A DNA stretch of 64,000 nucleotides from contig JACQAP010000021.1 in assembly GCA_016194905.1 (NCBI GenBank), forward strand, positions 140,942 through 204,941. Direction: 5' to 3'. This DNA is from Betaproteobacteria bacterium (GTDB lineage Bacteria > Pseudomonadota > Gammaproteobacteria > Burkholderiales > JACQAP01). The notes under the pieces are model-generated. The model was given only the letters and a program-made list of their open reading frames with translations, searched no databases and was not told the DNA's origin. Made by a program: the position numbers and the translations under genes. How positions within the stretch are numbered: the stretch's first letter is position 1; each line of letters opens with the position of its first letter. Positions 10,148 through 18,618 of the stretch are shown here, one piece after another.

Positions 10148-11473
10148 GTGAGCGCCGTTCTTCCAGAAAGTCCCGACGAATTCGAACAGCAACCGGACTA
10201 TCAGGGCTTCGTTCACGAACTTGCGACGCGCGTTTCAGGGCTCGGCAGGGAAGCGGCCGACATCGCGGGTTCGCTCGACGATGCAGTCCAGCTCGGCACC
10301 AATCAGGCCAAGGCATTCACCGGATTACGCGAAGAGGTCGGCCGCATGGTCGATTCAAATCTCGGCATCGAATCCGCGGTGGAGCACGCGGGGAAGATTT
10401 CCGCCGCAGCGCGCGGCACGGTCGAGCAGGTGGCGCAGGACGTAACGGTCATGAGCAGTGTGCTGGAGCAGGTATTGACGGCGGCAGAAGGCATTTCCCA
10501 AATCGCCTTTCAGACCCGTCTTGTTGCTTTCAACGCGGCGGTGGAGGCCAACCGCGTGGGCGAGGCCGGTCGCGGATTCGCGGTCGTGGCAGGTGCAGTG
10601 AAGGACCTTGCGCATCAGGTGGAGGAGGCCAGCAAGCGCATCATGAATACCGTTGGGGAACTGGGCAAGAAAGTCGAAGCGCTGGCCCGCGATATCTGCG
10701 ACGACGGCAGTTCGGGAGAGCGGGACTCCATTCAGGGCGCTTTTCGTGAGTTGCACGGCTGTATCGGCGCGGTGGCGCAAAGCGCACGGGACAACACCTC
10801 GATCTGCAATGCCGTTAACGAGTCCGTGGGGTCCTTTTCGCGCGAACTCGACCACACCGGCCGCTCGCTCGGGCGCGCCAGGGGGAGGGTCGATGAATTG
10901 CTGGGACTGAGCGAGAAACTGATCGAACTCACTGTCGACAGCGGGCTGGAAACCGAGGATACGCCCTACATTGAATTGGCCATCGAGACCGCGGCGAGGG
11001 TCGGACAGCTGTTCGAGCAGGCAGTGGATCGCGGCGAGATCACGCTCGACGATTTGTTCGACGAGGACTATAAGCCGATCCCCGGAACCGATCCTCAGCA
11101 GTACACCACGCACTTTCTCGCGCTTACCGATCGCGTCCTGCCACCGATCCAGGAACCGATGCTCGGCTTCAGTCCCAAGGTGGTTTACTGCGCCGCAGTG
11201 GATCGCAATACCTTCCTGCCGACGCATAACCGCAAGTTTGCCAAGCCGCAGGGCAAGGATCCGGTATGGAACGCGGCAAACTCCCGCAACCGGCGCATTT
11301 TCACCGATCGCACGGGCAAGGCGGCCGGCCGCAACCGCAAACGCTTTCTGCTGCAAAGCTATCGGCGCGACATGGGAGGCGGCCAGCATGCATTGATGAA
11401 GGACTTGTCAGCTCCGATCTGGGTAAAGGGGCGACATTGGGGAAATTTTCGAATCGCCTACCGGGTTGACTAG
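10148..11473 (+). CDS. soluble methyl-accepting chemotaxis protein with uncharacterised C-terminal domain
   Basis: No TM helices. MCP hairpin-tip motif [34 protein letters not shown]. About 170-aa conserved-looking C-terminal domain ([10 protein letters not shown]...RRDMGGG...GRHWG). GTG start. Confidence 0.75.
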   Translation: MSAVLPESPDEFEQQPDYQGFVHELATRVSGLGREAADIAGSLDDAVQLGTNQAKAFTGLREEVGRMVDSNLGIESAVEHAGKISAAARGTVEQVAQDVTVMSSVLEQVLTAAEGISQIAFQTRLVAFNAAVEANRVGEAGRGFAVVAGAVKDLAHQVEEASKRIMNTVGELGKKVEALARDICDDGSSGERDSIQGAFRELHGCIGAVAQSARDNTSICNAVNESVGSFSRELDHTGRSLGRARGRVDELLGLSEKLIELTVDSGLETEDTPYIELAIETAARVGQLFEQAVDRGEITLDDLFDEDYKPIPGTDPQQYTTHFLALTDRVLPPIQEPMLGFSPKVVYCAAVDRNTFLPTHNRKFAKPQGKDPVWNAANSRNRRIFTDRTGKAAGRNRKRFLLQSYRRDMGGGQHALMKDLSAPIWVKGRHWGNFRIAYRVD

Positions 11474-11599
11474 CGCGAAGCGGAAAAGGGGGACTCCTGG
11501 GTCCTGCCCTTCCGAATTGGGCCGCAAACGCCCTCCTGTTTGTCGGATTGATCTGACGGCCCGCCCCTAATAATCGTAGCCATAGGAAATGGATATGCC

Positions 11600-12742
11600 A
11601 TGGCTGACGAAAACGATTTCGAACGAACAGAACCCGCATCCCCCCGACGGCTCGAACAAGCCCGCGAGGAAGGGCAGGTTGCGCGGTCGCAGGAACTCAA
11701 TACGTTTGCCCTGCTGGCCACGGTCGGGGCATCGATCTGGGTGTTGGGGGGCCAGCTTCTTTCCGGCCTGACCGGCCTGATGCGCAGCGGGCTCACGCTG
11801 TCCGCCGAGGACGGTTTCCGCGCGGAACAAATGGCGCGCATGCTGGGCCGGCACGGAAGCGCCGGCTTCATGACCATTGCACCGGTGCTCGCAGCGGCAT
11901 TTCTGGCCGCCCTGGTCGCGCCGCTGCTGTTGAACGGCTGGCTGTTCACGCTCAAGCCGTTGCAGCCGAATTTTTCCCGTCTCAACCCGTTCAGCGGCTT
12001 CGGTCGCATCTTCTCGGCCCACGGACTCGTGGAACTGGCCAAGGCAATCTCGAAAGTGCTCGTGGTGGGCGGAGTCGCGACCATGGTCATCTGGAACAGT
12101 CTCGATGCCGTCCTGTCGCTTTCGCAGGAAACTACCGCCAGCGCCACCAGGCATGCGGCGCGCCTGGTGGGCTGGACGCTGATTCTTATGGTCGGTGGCA
12201 TGGTGCTTATCGTCGCCATCGACGTGCCTTACCAGCTCTGGAACCACTACCGCAAGCTGCGTATGTCGCGCGCCGAGCTCAAGCGTGAAGCGAAAGAATC
12301 CGAAGGCGATCCGCAGATCAAGGCGCGCATCCGCAGCCTGCAACGCGAGGCAGCACGCAAACGCATGATGGCTGAAGTGCCGAAGGCCGATGTCGTCATC
12401 ACGAACCCGACGCACTACTCGGTGGCGTTGTCGTACAAGGAAAACTCCATGCGGGCGCCGCGCATCGTCGCCAAGGGCCAGGATCTCACCGCCATGCGCA
12501 TCCGCGAACTGGCGCAGGAACATCGCATACCGATCGTGGAGGCGCCGCCGCTCGCCCGCGCGCTCTATCGCCACACGGATCTCGGGGACGAAATTCCGGA
12601 AACACTCTATACGGCAGTGGCCGAGGTGCTGGCCTACGTATTCCAGTTGCGACGCTTCAACCTCGAAGGCGGTCGTGCGCCGCAGTTGCCGGGCGAAATC
12701 GTCGTTCCGGCCGACCTCGATCCTCAGCAAGGTAAATCGTGA
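11600..12742 (+). CDS. flhB: flagellar export gate/switch protein FlhB
   Basis: N-terminus MADENDFERTEPASPRRLEQAREEGQVARSQEL. Autocleavage site NPTHY. 380 aa. Confidence 0.92.
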   Translation: MADENDFERTEPASPRRLEQAREEGQVARSQELNTFALLATVGASIWVLGGQLLSGLTGLMRSGLTLSAEDGFRAEQMARMLGRHGSAGFMTIAPVLAAAFLAALVAPLLLNGWLFTLKPLQPNFSRLNPFSGFGRIFSAHGLVELAKAISKVLVVGGVATMVIWNSLDAVLSLSQETTASATRHAARLVGWTLILMVGGMVLIVAIDVPYQLWNHYRKLRMSRAELKREAKESEGDPQIKARIRSLQREAARKRMMAEVPKADVVITNPTHYSVALSYKENSMRAPRIVAKGQDLTAMRIRELAQEHRIPIVEAPPLARALYRHTDLGDEIPETLYTAVAEVLAYVFQLRRFNLEGGRAPQLPGEIVVPADLDPQQGKS

Positions 12743-14832
12743 TGGCTGCCGCCGCGGCTTCCGCGCAACGCCTGGCGATCCCGGCAAAGCATCTGAACGT
12801 GATGGCCGGGCCCGTGCTGATCATCCTGATCATGGGGATGATGGTGCTGCCGTTGCCGCCGTTCGCGCTCGACGTGCTGTTCACCTTCAACGTCGCGCTC
12901 TCGATCATGGTCATGCTGGTCGCACTCTATACCGTGCGGCCCCTCGATTTTTCTGTTTTCCCGACGGTGCTGCTGGTCACCACGCTGCTGCGCCTGTCGC
13001 TGAACGTCGCATCCACCCGGGTCGTGTTGCTGCAGGGCCATAGCGGTGGCGACGCCGCCGGCAAAGTCATCGAAGCCTTCGGCCATTTCATGATCGGCGG
13101 CAACTACACGGTCGGCCTCGTCGTGTTCATCATCCTGGTGGTGATCAATTTCGTCGTCGTTACCAAAGGTGCCGGCCGAATCGCGGAAGTCGGAGCACGC
13201 TTCACGTTGGATGCGATGCCCGGCAAGCAGATGGCGATCGATGCCGATCTGAATGCAGGGTTGATCGGCGAAGAGGCGGCACGCAAGCGTCGTGCGGAAA
13301 TATCACAGGAAGCGGACTTCTACGGCGCCATGGACGGCGCCAGCAAATTCGTTCGGGGCGACGCGATCGCCGGCATCCTGGTGATGTTGATCAACGTCGT
13401 CGGCGGCCTGGTGGTCGGCGTCATCCAGCATGACATGTCGATCGGAGATGCGGCGCACAACTACATTCTGCTGGCCATCGGTGACGGCCTGGTTGCGCAA
13501 ATTCCCGCGCTGGTGATCTCGGTGGCCGCGGGTATCGTCGTGAGCCGGGTGGGCTCGGATGAACCGATCGGCGAACAATTCGTGGGACAGCTGTTGCGCC
13601 GGCCCGAAGCCCTGTCGATCACGGCCGGCATCGTCGGCGCACTTGGCATCGTCCCCGGCATGCCACACATCGCTTTCCTGCTGCTGGCAGCCCTGATGGG
13701 CGGCATCGCCTATGCGATGCGCAAGATCCAGGCTGAAGAACCGGAGGCTCCTCAGGCTCCGCAGCCGACGGAGGCCAAAGCCCTCGAGGCGCAGGACGCG
13801 TCCTGGAGCGATGTCACCCATGTGGATACGCTCGGACTCGAAGTCGGCTATCGCCTGATCCCGCTGGTCGATCAGGCCCAGGACGGTGAGCTGCTGCGTC
13901 GGATCAAGGGCATTCGCCGCAAGTTCGCGCAGGAGATCGGCTTCCTGCCGCCGGCGGTGCATATCCGGGACAATCTGGAGCTCAAGCCAGGCGCCTATCG
14001 AATTGCACTGAAGGGCGTGGAGGTCGGCCGCGGCGACGCGTTGCCCGGGCAATTCCTGGCCATCAATCCCGGCCGCGTCAGCGGCACGCTGCAGGGCACG
14101 GTGACCGCCGATCCGGCGTTCGGACTGCCGGCGGTCTGGATCGAATCCGCCCAGCGCGAACACGCGCAAGTGTTGGGCTACACCGTCGTGGACGCGAGCA
14201 CGGTGGTCGCAACGCATCTGAATCATATCGTCCAGCAGCACGCCTCCGAACTCCTCGGCCGTCAGGAGGTACAGCAACTACTCGATCATCTCGCCAAGGA
14301 CGCGCCGAAGCTCGTCGAAGATCTGGTGCCCAAGATTGTTACGCTGGCCGTGCTGCAGAAGACCTTGCAATCGCTGTTGGAAGAGGGTGTGCACATCCGC
14401 GATATGCGCACCATCCTGGAGACCGCCGCCGAGCACGGCACGCGCACGCAGGATCCGCATGAACTTGCGGCGCAGGTTCGTATCGCGCTCGGCCGTGCCA
14501 TCGCACAGCAGATCGCGCCCGCCGGCAACGAAGTCCAGGTCGTGGCTTTGTCGCCCGATCTCGAACGCCTGCTCATCCAGGCCATGCAGACCGGCGGTTC
14601 GCCCGGCATCGAACCCGGCCTGGCCGACGCGCTGGCCGCCGAGGCCGCGACGGCGTCTGCCAAACTCGAGCAGCTCGGGCATTCGCCGGTATTGCTGGTC
14701 GCACCGCAACTGCGCGCGCCGCTGTCGCGCTTTCTGCGGCGCACGATTCCGCATCTGCGCGTCATCGCGCACACCGAAATTCCCGACAACCGCAAGATCC
14801 GCGTGGCTGCCATTCTCGGAGGTAGGTCATGA
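12739..14832 (+). CDS. flhA: flagellar export gate protein FlhA
   Basis: 697 aa. TM N-terminal half with FHFxxGG-type region (AFGHFMIGGNYTVGLVVF). FlhA cytoplasmic domain. Start overlaps the flhB stop. Confidence 0.95.
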   Translation: MMAAAAASAQRLAIPAKHLNVMAGPVLIILIMGMMVLPLPPFALDVLFTFNVALSIMVMLVALYTVRPLDFSVFPTVLLVTTLLRLSLNVASTRVVLLQGHSGGDAAGKVIEAFGHFMIGGNYTVGLVVFIILVVINFVVVTKGAGRIAEVGARFTLDAMPGKQMAIDADLNAGLIGEEAARKRRAEISQEADFYGAMDGASKFVRGDAIAGILVMLINVVGGLVVGVIQHDMSIGDAAHNYILLAIGDGLVAQIPALVISVAAGIVVSRVGSDEPIGEQFVGQLLRRPEALSITAGIVGALGIVPGMPHIAFLLLAALMGGIAYAMRKIQAEEPEAPQAPQPTEAKALEAQDASWSDVTHVDTLGLEVGYRLIPLVDQAQDGELLRRIKGIRRKFAQEIGFLPPAVHIRDNLELKPGAYRIALKGVEVGRGDALPGQFLAINPGRVSGTLQGTVTADPAFGLPAVWIESAQREHAQVLGYTVVDASTVVATHLNHIVQQHASELLGRQEVQQLLDHLAKDAPKLVEDLVPKIVTLAVLQKTLQSLLEEGVHIRDMRTILETAAEHGTRTQDPHELAAQVRIALGRAIAQQIAPAGNEVQVVALSPDLERLLIQAMQTGGSPGIEPGLADALAAEAATASAKLEQLGHSPVLLVAPQLRAPLSRFLRRTIPHLRVIAHTEIPDNRKIRVAAILGGRS

Positions 14833-16127
14833 ACGTAAAGCAATTCTTCGCCACCAATGCGCGCGAGGCGCTGCACCAGGTCAAGCGCGAAATCGGCGCC
14901 GACGCCGTCATCCTGTCAAATCGTCGCGTCGAGGGTGGCGTCGAGATTCTCGCAATACCGCATGCCGACGCACGCGCCTTCGATAGTGCGGCCCGCGAAC
15001 CGGTGGTGGCCAAGAAGCCTGCCGTCGTGCGCACGGCGATGAACAACCCCCCGGTACAGAATTCCCAGACGGTCAAGGTAGAGATGCCCATGCCCGCACA
15101 CGCGCAGCGGGCGCGAGCCGCTGCTCAATCGAAGCCGGCGCAGCCGGTACCACCGGTTGCCGCGGCTCCGATCCTGGCGCCGGCCACCGAGCAGATCGCG
15201 CGCACCGTAATCCGTGAAATCCAATCGATGCGCGGATTGATCAACGAACGGCTCTCCGGTCTGATGTTCGGGGACATGCAGCGCCGCGAACCGGACAAGC
15301 TGCGCATGATGTCGACGCTGCTCGCCGGCGGCTTCAGTCCGGCGTTGTCGCGCCGCTTGCTGGAAAAGTCGCCGGCCGATCGCGGCATGACGGCTCTGCG
15401 TGGCTGGATCAAGAAAGCGCTCGACAAGAATCTCATCACCAGTACCGCGGACGACATCGTGACCAAGGGCGGTGTTTACGCGCTGCTCGGTCCCACCGGC
15501 GTGGGCAAGACCACGACCACCGCCAAGCTGGCTGCGCGTTGCGTAGTGCGCCACGGCGCGGGAAAGCTGGCGCTGCTCACCACGGACAACTACCGGGTCG
15601 GTGCACACGAACATCTGCGCATCTATGGGCGCATTCTCGGCGTGTCGGTGCATGCGGTGCGCGATGCCGCCGATCTGGAGATCGCACTGTCCGAACTGCG
15701 CAACAAGCACATGGTGCTGATCGATACGGTCGGCATGAGCCAGAAGGATCAGCATGTGGCCGAACAGGTTGCCATGTTCAGTGGCCAGGGTGAAGGTGTC
15801 AAACGCCTGTTGCTGTTGAACGCAACCTGCCAGGGCGACACGCTCGAGGACGTCGTGAATTCCTACAAGGGCAAAGGGCTGGCGGGATGCGTCATCACCA
15901 AGACCGACGAGGCGGCCAGCCTTGGCGCGGTGATCGACGCGGTGATCCGTCACAGGCTGCCGGTGCACTACGTTGCCAACGGACAGCGGGTGCCGGAAGA
16001 CATTCATCCGGTAAACCGCGAATACCTGCTGCACCGCGCCCTGTCCGCGGCGAAAGACAACCCGATCCGTGCTCTGTCGGAGCAGGACATTCCCGCCGCC
16101 ATGATGGGCGCGGAATTCGCCATCTGA
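14829..16127 (+). CDS. flhF: flagellar SRP-type GTPase FlhF
   Basis: FlhF N-terminus MNVKQFFATNAREALHQVKREIGADAVILSNRRV. G1 motif GPTGVGKTTT, plus DTVGMSQ. Start overlaps the flhA stop. Confidence 0.9.
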   Translation: MNVKQFFATNAREALHQVKREIGADAVILSNRRVEGGVEILAIPHADARAFDSAAREPVVAKKPAVVRTAMNNPPVQNSQTVKVEMPMPAHAQRARAAAQSKPAQPVPPVAAAPILAPATEQIARTVIREIQSMRGLINERLSGLMFGDMQRREPDKLRMMSTLLAGGFSPALSRRLLEKSPADRGMTALRGWIKKALDKNLITSTADDIVTKGGVYALLGPTGVGKTTTTAKLAARCVVRHGAGKLALLTTDNYRVGAHEHLRIYGRILGVSVHAVRDAADLEIALSELRNKHMVLIDTVGMSQKDQHVAEQVAMFSGQGEGVKRLLLLNATCQGDTLEDVVNSYKGKGLAGCVITKTDEAASLGAVIDAVIRHRLPVHYVANGQRVPEDIHPVNREYLLHRALSAAKDNPIRALSEQDIPAAMMGAEFAI

Positions 16128-16137
16128 GGCGGTGTTG

Positions 16138-17031
16138 ATGAGCCTACAGCCATCCGACCAGGCCGAAGGACTGCGGCGCCTGCTCGGCAAGCAGATCCCG
16201 AAAGTGATCACATTGGTCTCCGGCGGCGCGCGCATCGGCAAAACCTGCGCCGCCATCAATCTCGCGGTGGCGATCGCGCAGGCGGGACGCAGCGTGATGC
16301 TACTCGACGAGAACCGCGGTCCGCGCAACGTGACCGCTACTCTCGGCATCGATACCGTGGCCGACATGGCCGATACCGTGCGCGGCGGCCGCGCGCTCGA
16401 GCAGACACTTGTGCCCGGACCGGAGGGGTTGGTCATTCTCCCGGCCGGACGTGGCGTTCAGGCGCTGGCCGGCATTGACGAGGGTGGCCGCGACAGGCTG
16501 GTCGAAGGATTTGCGCGAGTCGGCGGCGCTCTCGATTTCATTCTGGTCGATACCGCAGCGGGCACATCGAGCCGCCTGCTGCCGCTAGCCCATCCCGAGC
16601 AGGAAACCATTCTGATTTCCACCAGCAGCGGAACGGGCCAGGCCAATGCGCTGGGCATGATCAAGCTCATGCATCGCGAGCTTGGCGCGTGCAATTTGCA
16701 TCTGCTGGTTTCGATGACACGCTCGGAAGCCGAAGGCGAGGCGACCTACTACAACCTGGCCAACGTAGCCGATCGGCATCTGGGTGCCGGCCTGGAGTTT
16801 TTCGGCGTCGTTCCTTTAGACGAGCGCATTGCCCAGTCGGGCCATGTCGGACGCGCTGCGGTCGAGATGTTCCCGCACGCGCCCAGTTCCGTGCAATGGC
16901 GGCGGCAGGCGCAGGAAATCATGCAGTGGCCGCTGCCGCGGGAAGCGGCGGAGGGGATGGATCGTTTCGTTCAGCGTCTGATCCTGGGCAGTCGCGTCCA
17001 GGTGGGCACAGTTGCGCTCTCGGCGGCATGA
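16138..17031 (+). CDS. flhG: MinD/ParA-family flagellar number regulator FlhG (FleN) with atypical Walker A
   Basis: Position after flhF. P-loop SGGARIGKT (16219-16245) instead of the deviant Walker A SGKGGVGKT. ATG 16138 has GAGG 8 nt upstream. GTG 16132 is an alternative start. Confidence 0.8.
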   Translation: MSLQPSDQAEGLRRLLGKQIPKVITLVSGGARIGKTCAAINLAVAIAQAGRSVMLLDENRGPRNVTATLGIDTVADMADTVRGGRALEQTLVPGPEGLVILPAGRGVQALAGIDEGGRDRLVEGFARVGGALDFILVDTAAGTSSRLLPLAHPEQETILISTSSGTGQANALGMIKLMHRELGACNLHLLVSMTRSEAEGEATYYNLANVADRHLGAGLEFFGVVPLDERIAQSGHVGRAAVEMFPHAPSSVQWRRQAQEIMQWPLPREAAEGMDRFVQRLILGSRVQVGTVALSAA

Positions 17032-17083
17032 GAGACAAATTGCCCGCGAACATCGCGGGCACAGGCAAGCAGGGGGTTCAGGC

Positions 17084-17797
17084 ATGTACACAGCAACCGG
17101 AGCGCAAGACAGGCAGGAGTGGATCCAGCAGTACGCCCCGCTGGTGAAGCGTATTGCCCATCACATTATGGCGAAGCTGCCAGCCAGCGTCGAAGTGGAC
17201 GATATCATCCAGGCCGGCATGATGGGCTTGATGGACGCGGTCGGCCGCTACGAAGAGACGCAGGGCGCGCAGTTCGAGACTTACGCCGCACAGCGCATTC
17301 GCGGCGCGATGTTGGACGAGTTGCGCAACTGCGACTGGTTGCCGCGCGGCATCCGCAAGAACATGCGCACGATCGAGAAGGCGATGCATGCGCTCGAGCA
17401 GCGCCTGGGCCGTCAGCCCAGCGAGCACGAAATCGCCAACCAGATGGAGTTGTCGCTACCCGATTACCAGCAGATGCTGCAGGAAGCGCGCGGTCATCAA
17501 CTGGTCTACTACGAGGACTACAGCGAAGGCGACGATGAACACTTTCTCGACCGTCACGCCGGCCACGCACACCAGAGTCCGTTGGAAAATCTGGTCGAGG
17601 AGAGCATGCGCGCGCGCCTGATCGAGGCGATCAAAGACCTGCCCGAACGCGAAAAGATGATGATGGGCCTGTACTACGAGCAGGATCTGAACCTGCGCGA
17701 AATCGGCGAAGTGATGGGCGTCAGCGAATCGCGCGTATGCCAGATCCACACCCAGGCCATTGCGCGGCTGCGATCGATGCTAAGGGAAGAACCATGA
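17084..17797 (+). CDS. fliA: flagellar sigma factor FliA (sigma-28)
   Basis: Sigma-70 family regions 2-4 (DDIIQAGMMGLMDAVGRYE, LNLREIGEVMGVSESRVCQIHTQA). Position after flhFG. ATG 17084 inside the longer ORF. Confidence 0.92.
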   Translation: MYTATGAQDRQEWIQQYAPLVKRIAHHIMAKLPASVEVDDIIQAGMMGLMDAVGRYEETQGAQFETYAAQRIRGAMLDELRNCDWLPRGIRKNMRTIEKAMHALEQRLGRQPSEHEIANQMELSLPDYQQMLQEARGHQLVYYEDYSEGDDEHFLDRHAGHAHQSPLENLVEESMRARLIEAIKDLPEREKMMMGLYYEQDLNLREIGEVMGVSESRVCQIHTQAIARLRSMLREEP

Positions 17798-17885
17798 ACC
17801 ATCGAAAGGCGTAACGCGCTCAATCAGGCGCGATGGATGAAAATTGAATGCCGGTCACGCCGGCATTTTGTTTTCCGGTCACCAG
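17786..17885. repeat. direct repeat copy 1 (last fliA codons + fliA terminator), partner at 28457-28552
   Basis: gaagaaccatgaacc...caatcaggcgcgatggatgaaaat.gaatgccgg...ccggc.ttttgtttt recurs at 28457-28552. By eye the match is about 85-90% identical. Confidence 0.75.
17847..17874 (+). terminator. rho-independent terminator of fliA
   Basis: Stem AATGCCGG / CCGGCATT, loop TCACG, then TTTGTTTT. Confidence 0.7.
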
Positions 17886-18018
17886 CCGACTTGGCTCCGC
17901 GCAGGTCTTTTCTCTCCGAGCAGACAAGAGCCGGTTAATAGGCCCTAATCACCCTTAAGGCGCACGGTCACGGTGCGACGATGTGCGCGGCGCTACGTCG
18001 GTTCGAACGCCGGAAGGC

Positions 18019-18061
18019 AAAGTGCTGCCGCGCATTTAAAAAGTGCTGCTGCGCACTTAAA
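18019..18061. repeat. tandem 21-22 bp repeat, each unit containing a palindrome
   Basis: AAGTGCTGCCGCGCATTTAAA / AAGTGCTGCTGCGCACTTAAAG. The second unit has a perfect AAGTGC-N6-GCACTT. Confidence 0.4.
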
Positions 18062-18317
18062 GAGCGCGCGGGAAGCAAATGCACCAGTAGGGCGTTACCG
18101 CGAATTGCGCGGCGTGCTTCGGCTCGCCAATCTGGTCGAGCGGTTTCGCTGAGTGGGAAAAGGGTGGCAATGTCAGGTAAAAATAGTTTATAAACGATAT
18201 TATTCGATCCGCCAAGTCTCTTCATCGGGAAAACAGTTTGGCACGATGGCAGAGTGGTTATTCAGAGGATTGCTTGTGGGTATTGTCAACTTGCCGCACT
18301 CATGATGTGATGCGGCG

Positions 18318-18500
18318 ATGAATACTTCGCGTAGTGTCCTGCCTGCCGGCCTCTACAAGAGACACGGGTTCCTCGCCGGGATCTGCGGCTATCGCGCTTA
18401 CCTCTATTTCCGGTTCTCCCTCAGCTTCCGTCACATCGGGAAGATGATGGCCAAGCACGGGGCAGTGCTCAGCTATGATACCGTCCGCAATCTGATTTGA
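18318..18500 (+). pseudogene. N-terminal fragment of an IS6-family transposase (relic)
   Basis: The 60-aa ORF YKRHGF...YLYFRFSLSFRHIGKMMAKHGAVLSYDTVRN resembles IS6/IS26-family transposase N-termini, and the DDE domain is missing. A possible IR-like GGCACGATGGCAGA lies at 18239-18252. Confidence 0.5.
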
Positions 18501-18618
18501 ATTGCCTTCGCGCAGTTTTATTCGCTGGGCGGATAAGACGGCGCGAAGCAGCGTTTTTCCTCGCTCATACGAAAACTTCGCGACAGAACCTGCGGGAGAA
18601 CTCGCCGTAATTGAGTGT

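Noticed and set aside
14916-16436. 506-aa ORF on the minus strand
   Set aside because: It is antisense to flhF and flhG. This is a GC-rich shadow frame with no motifs.
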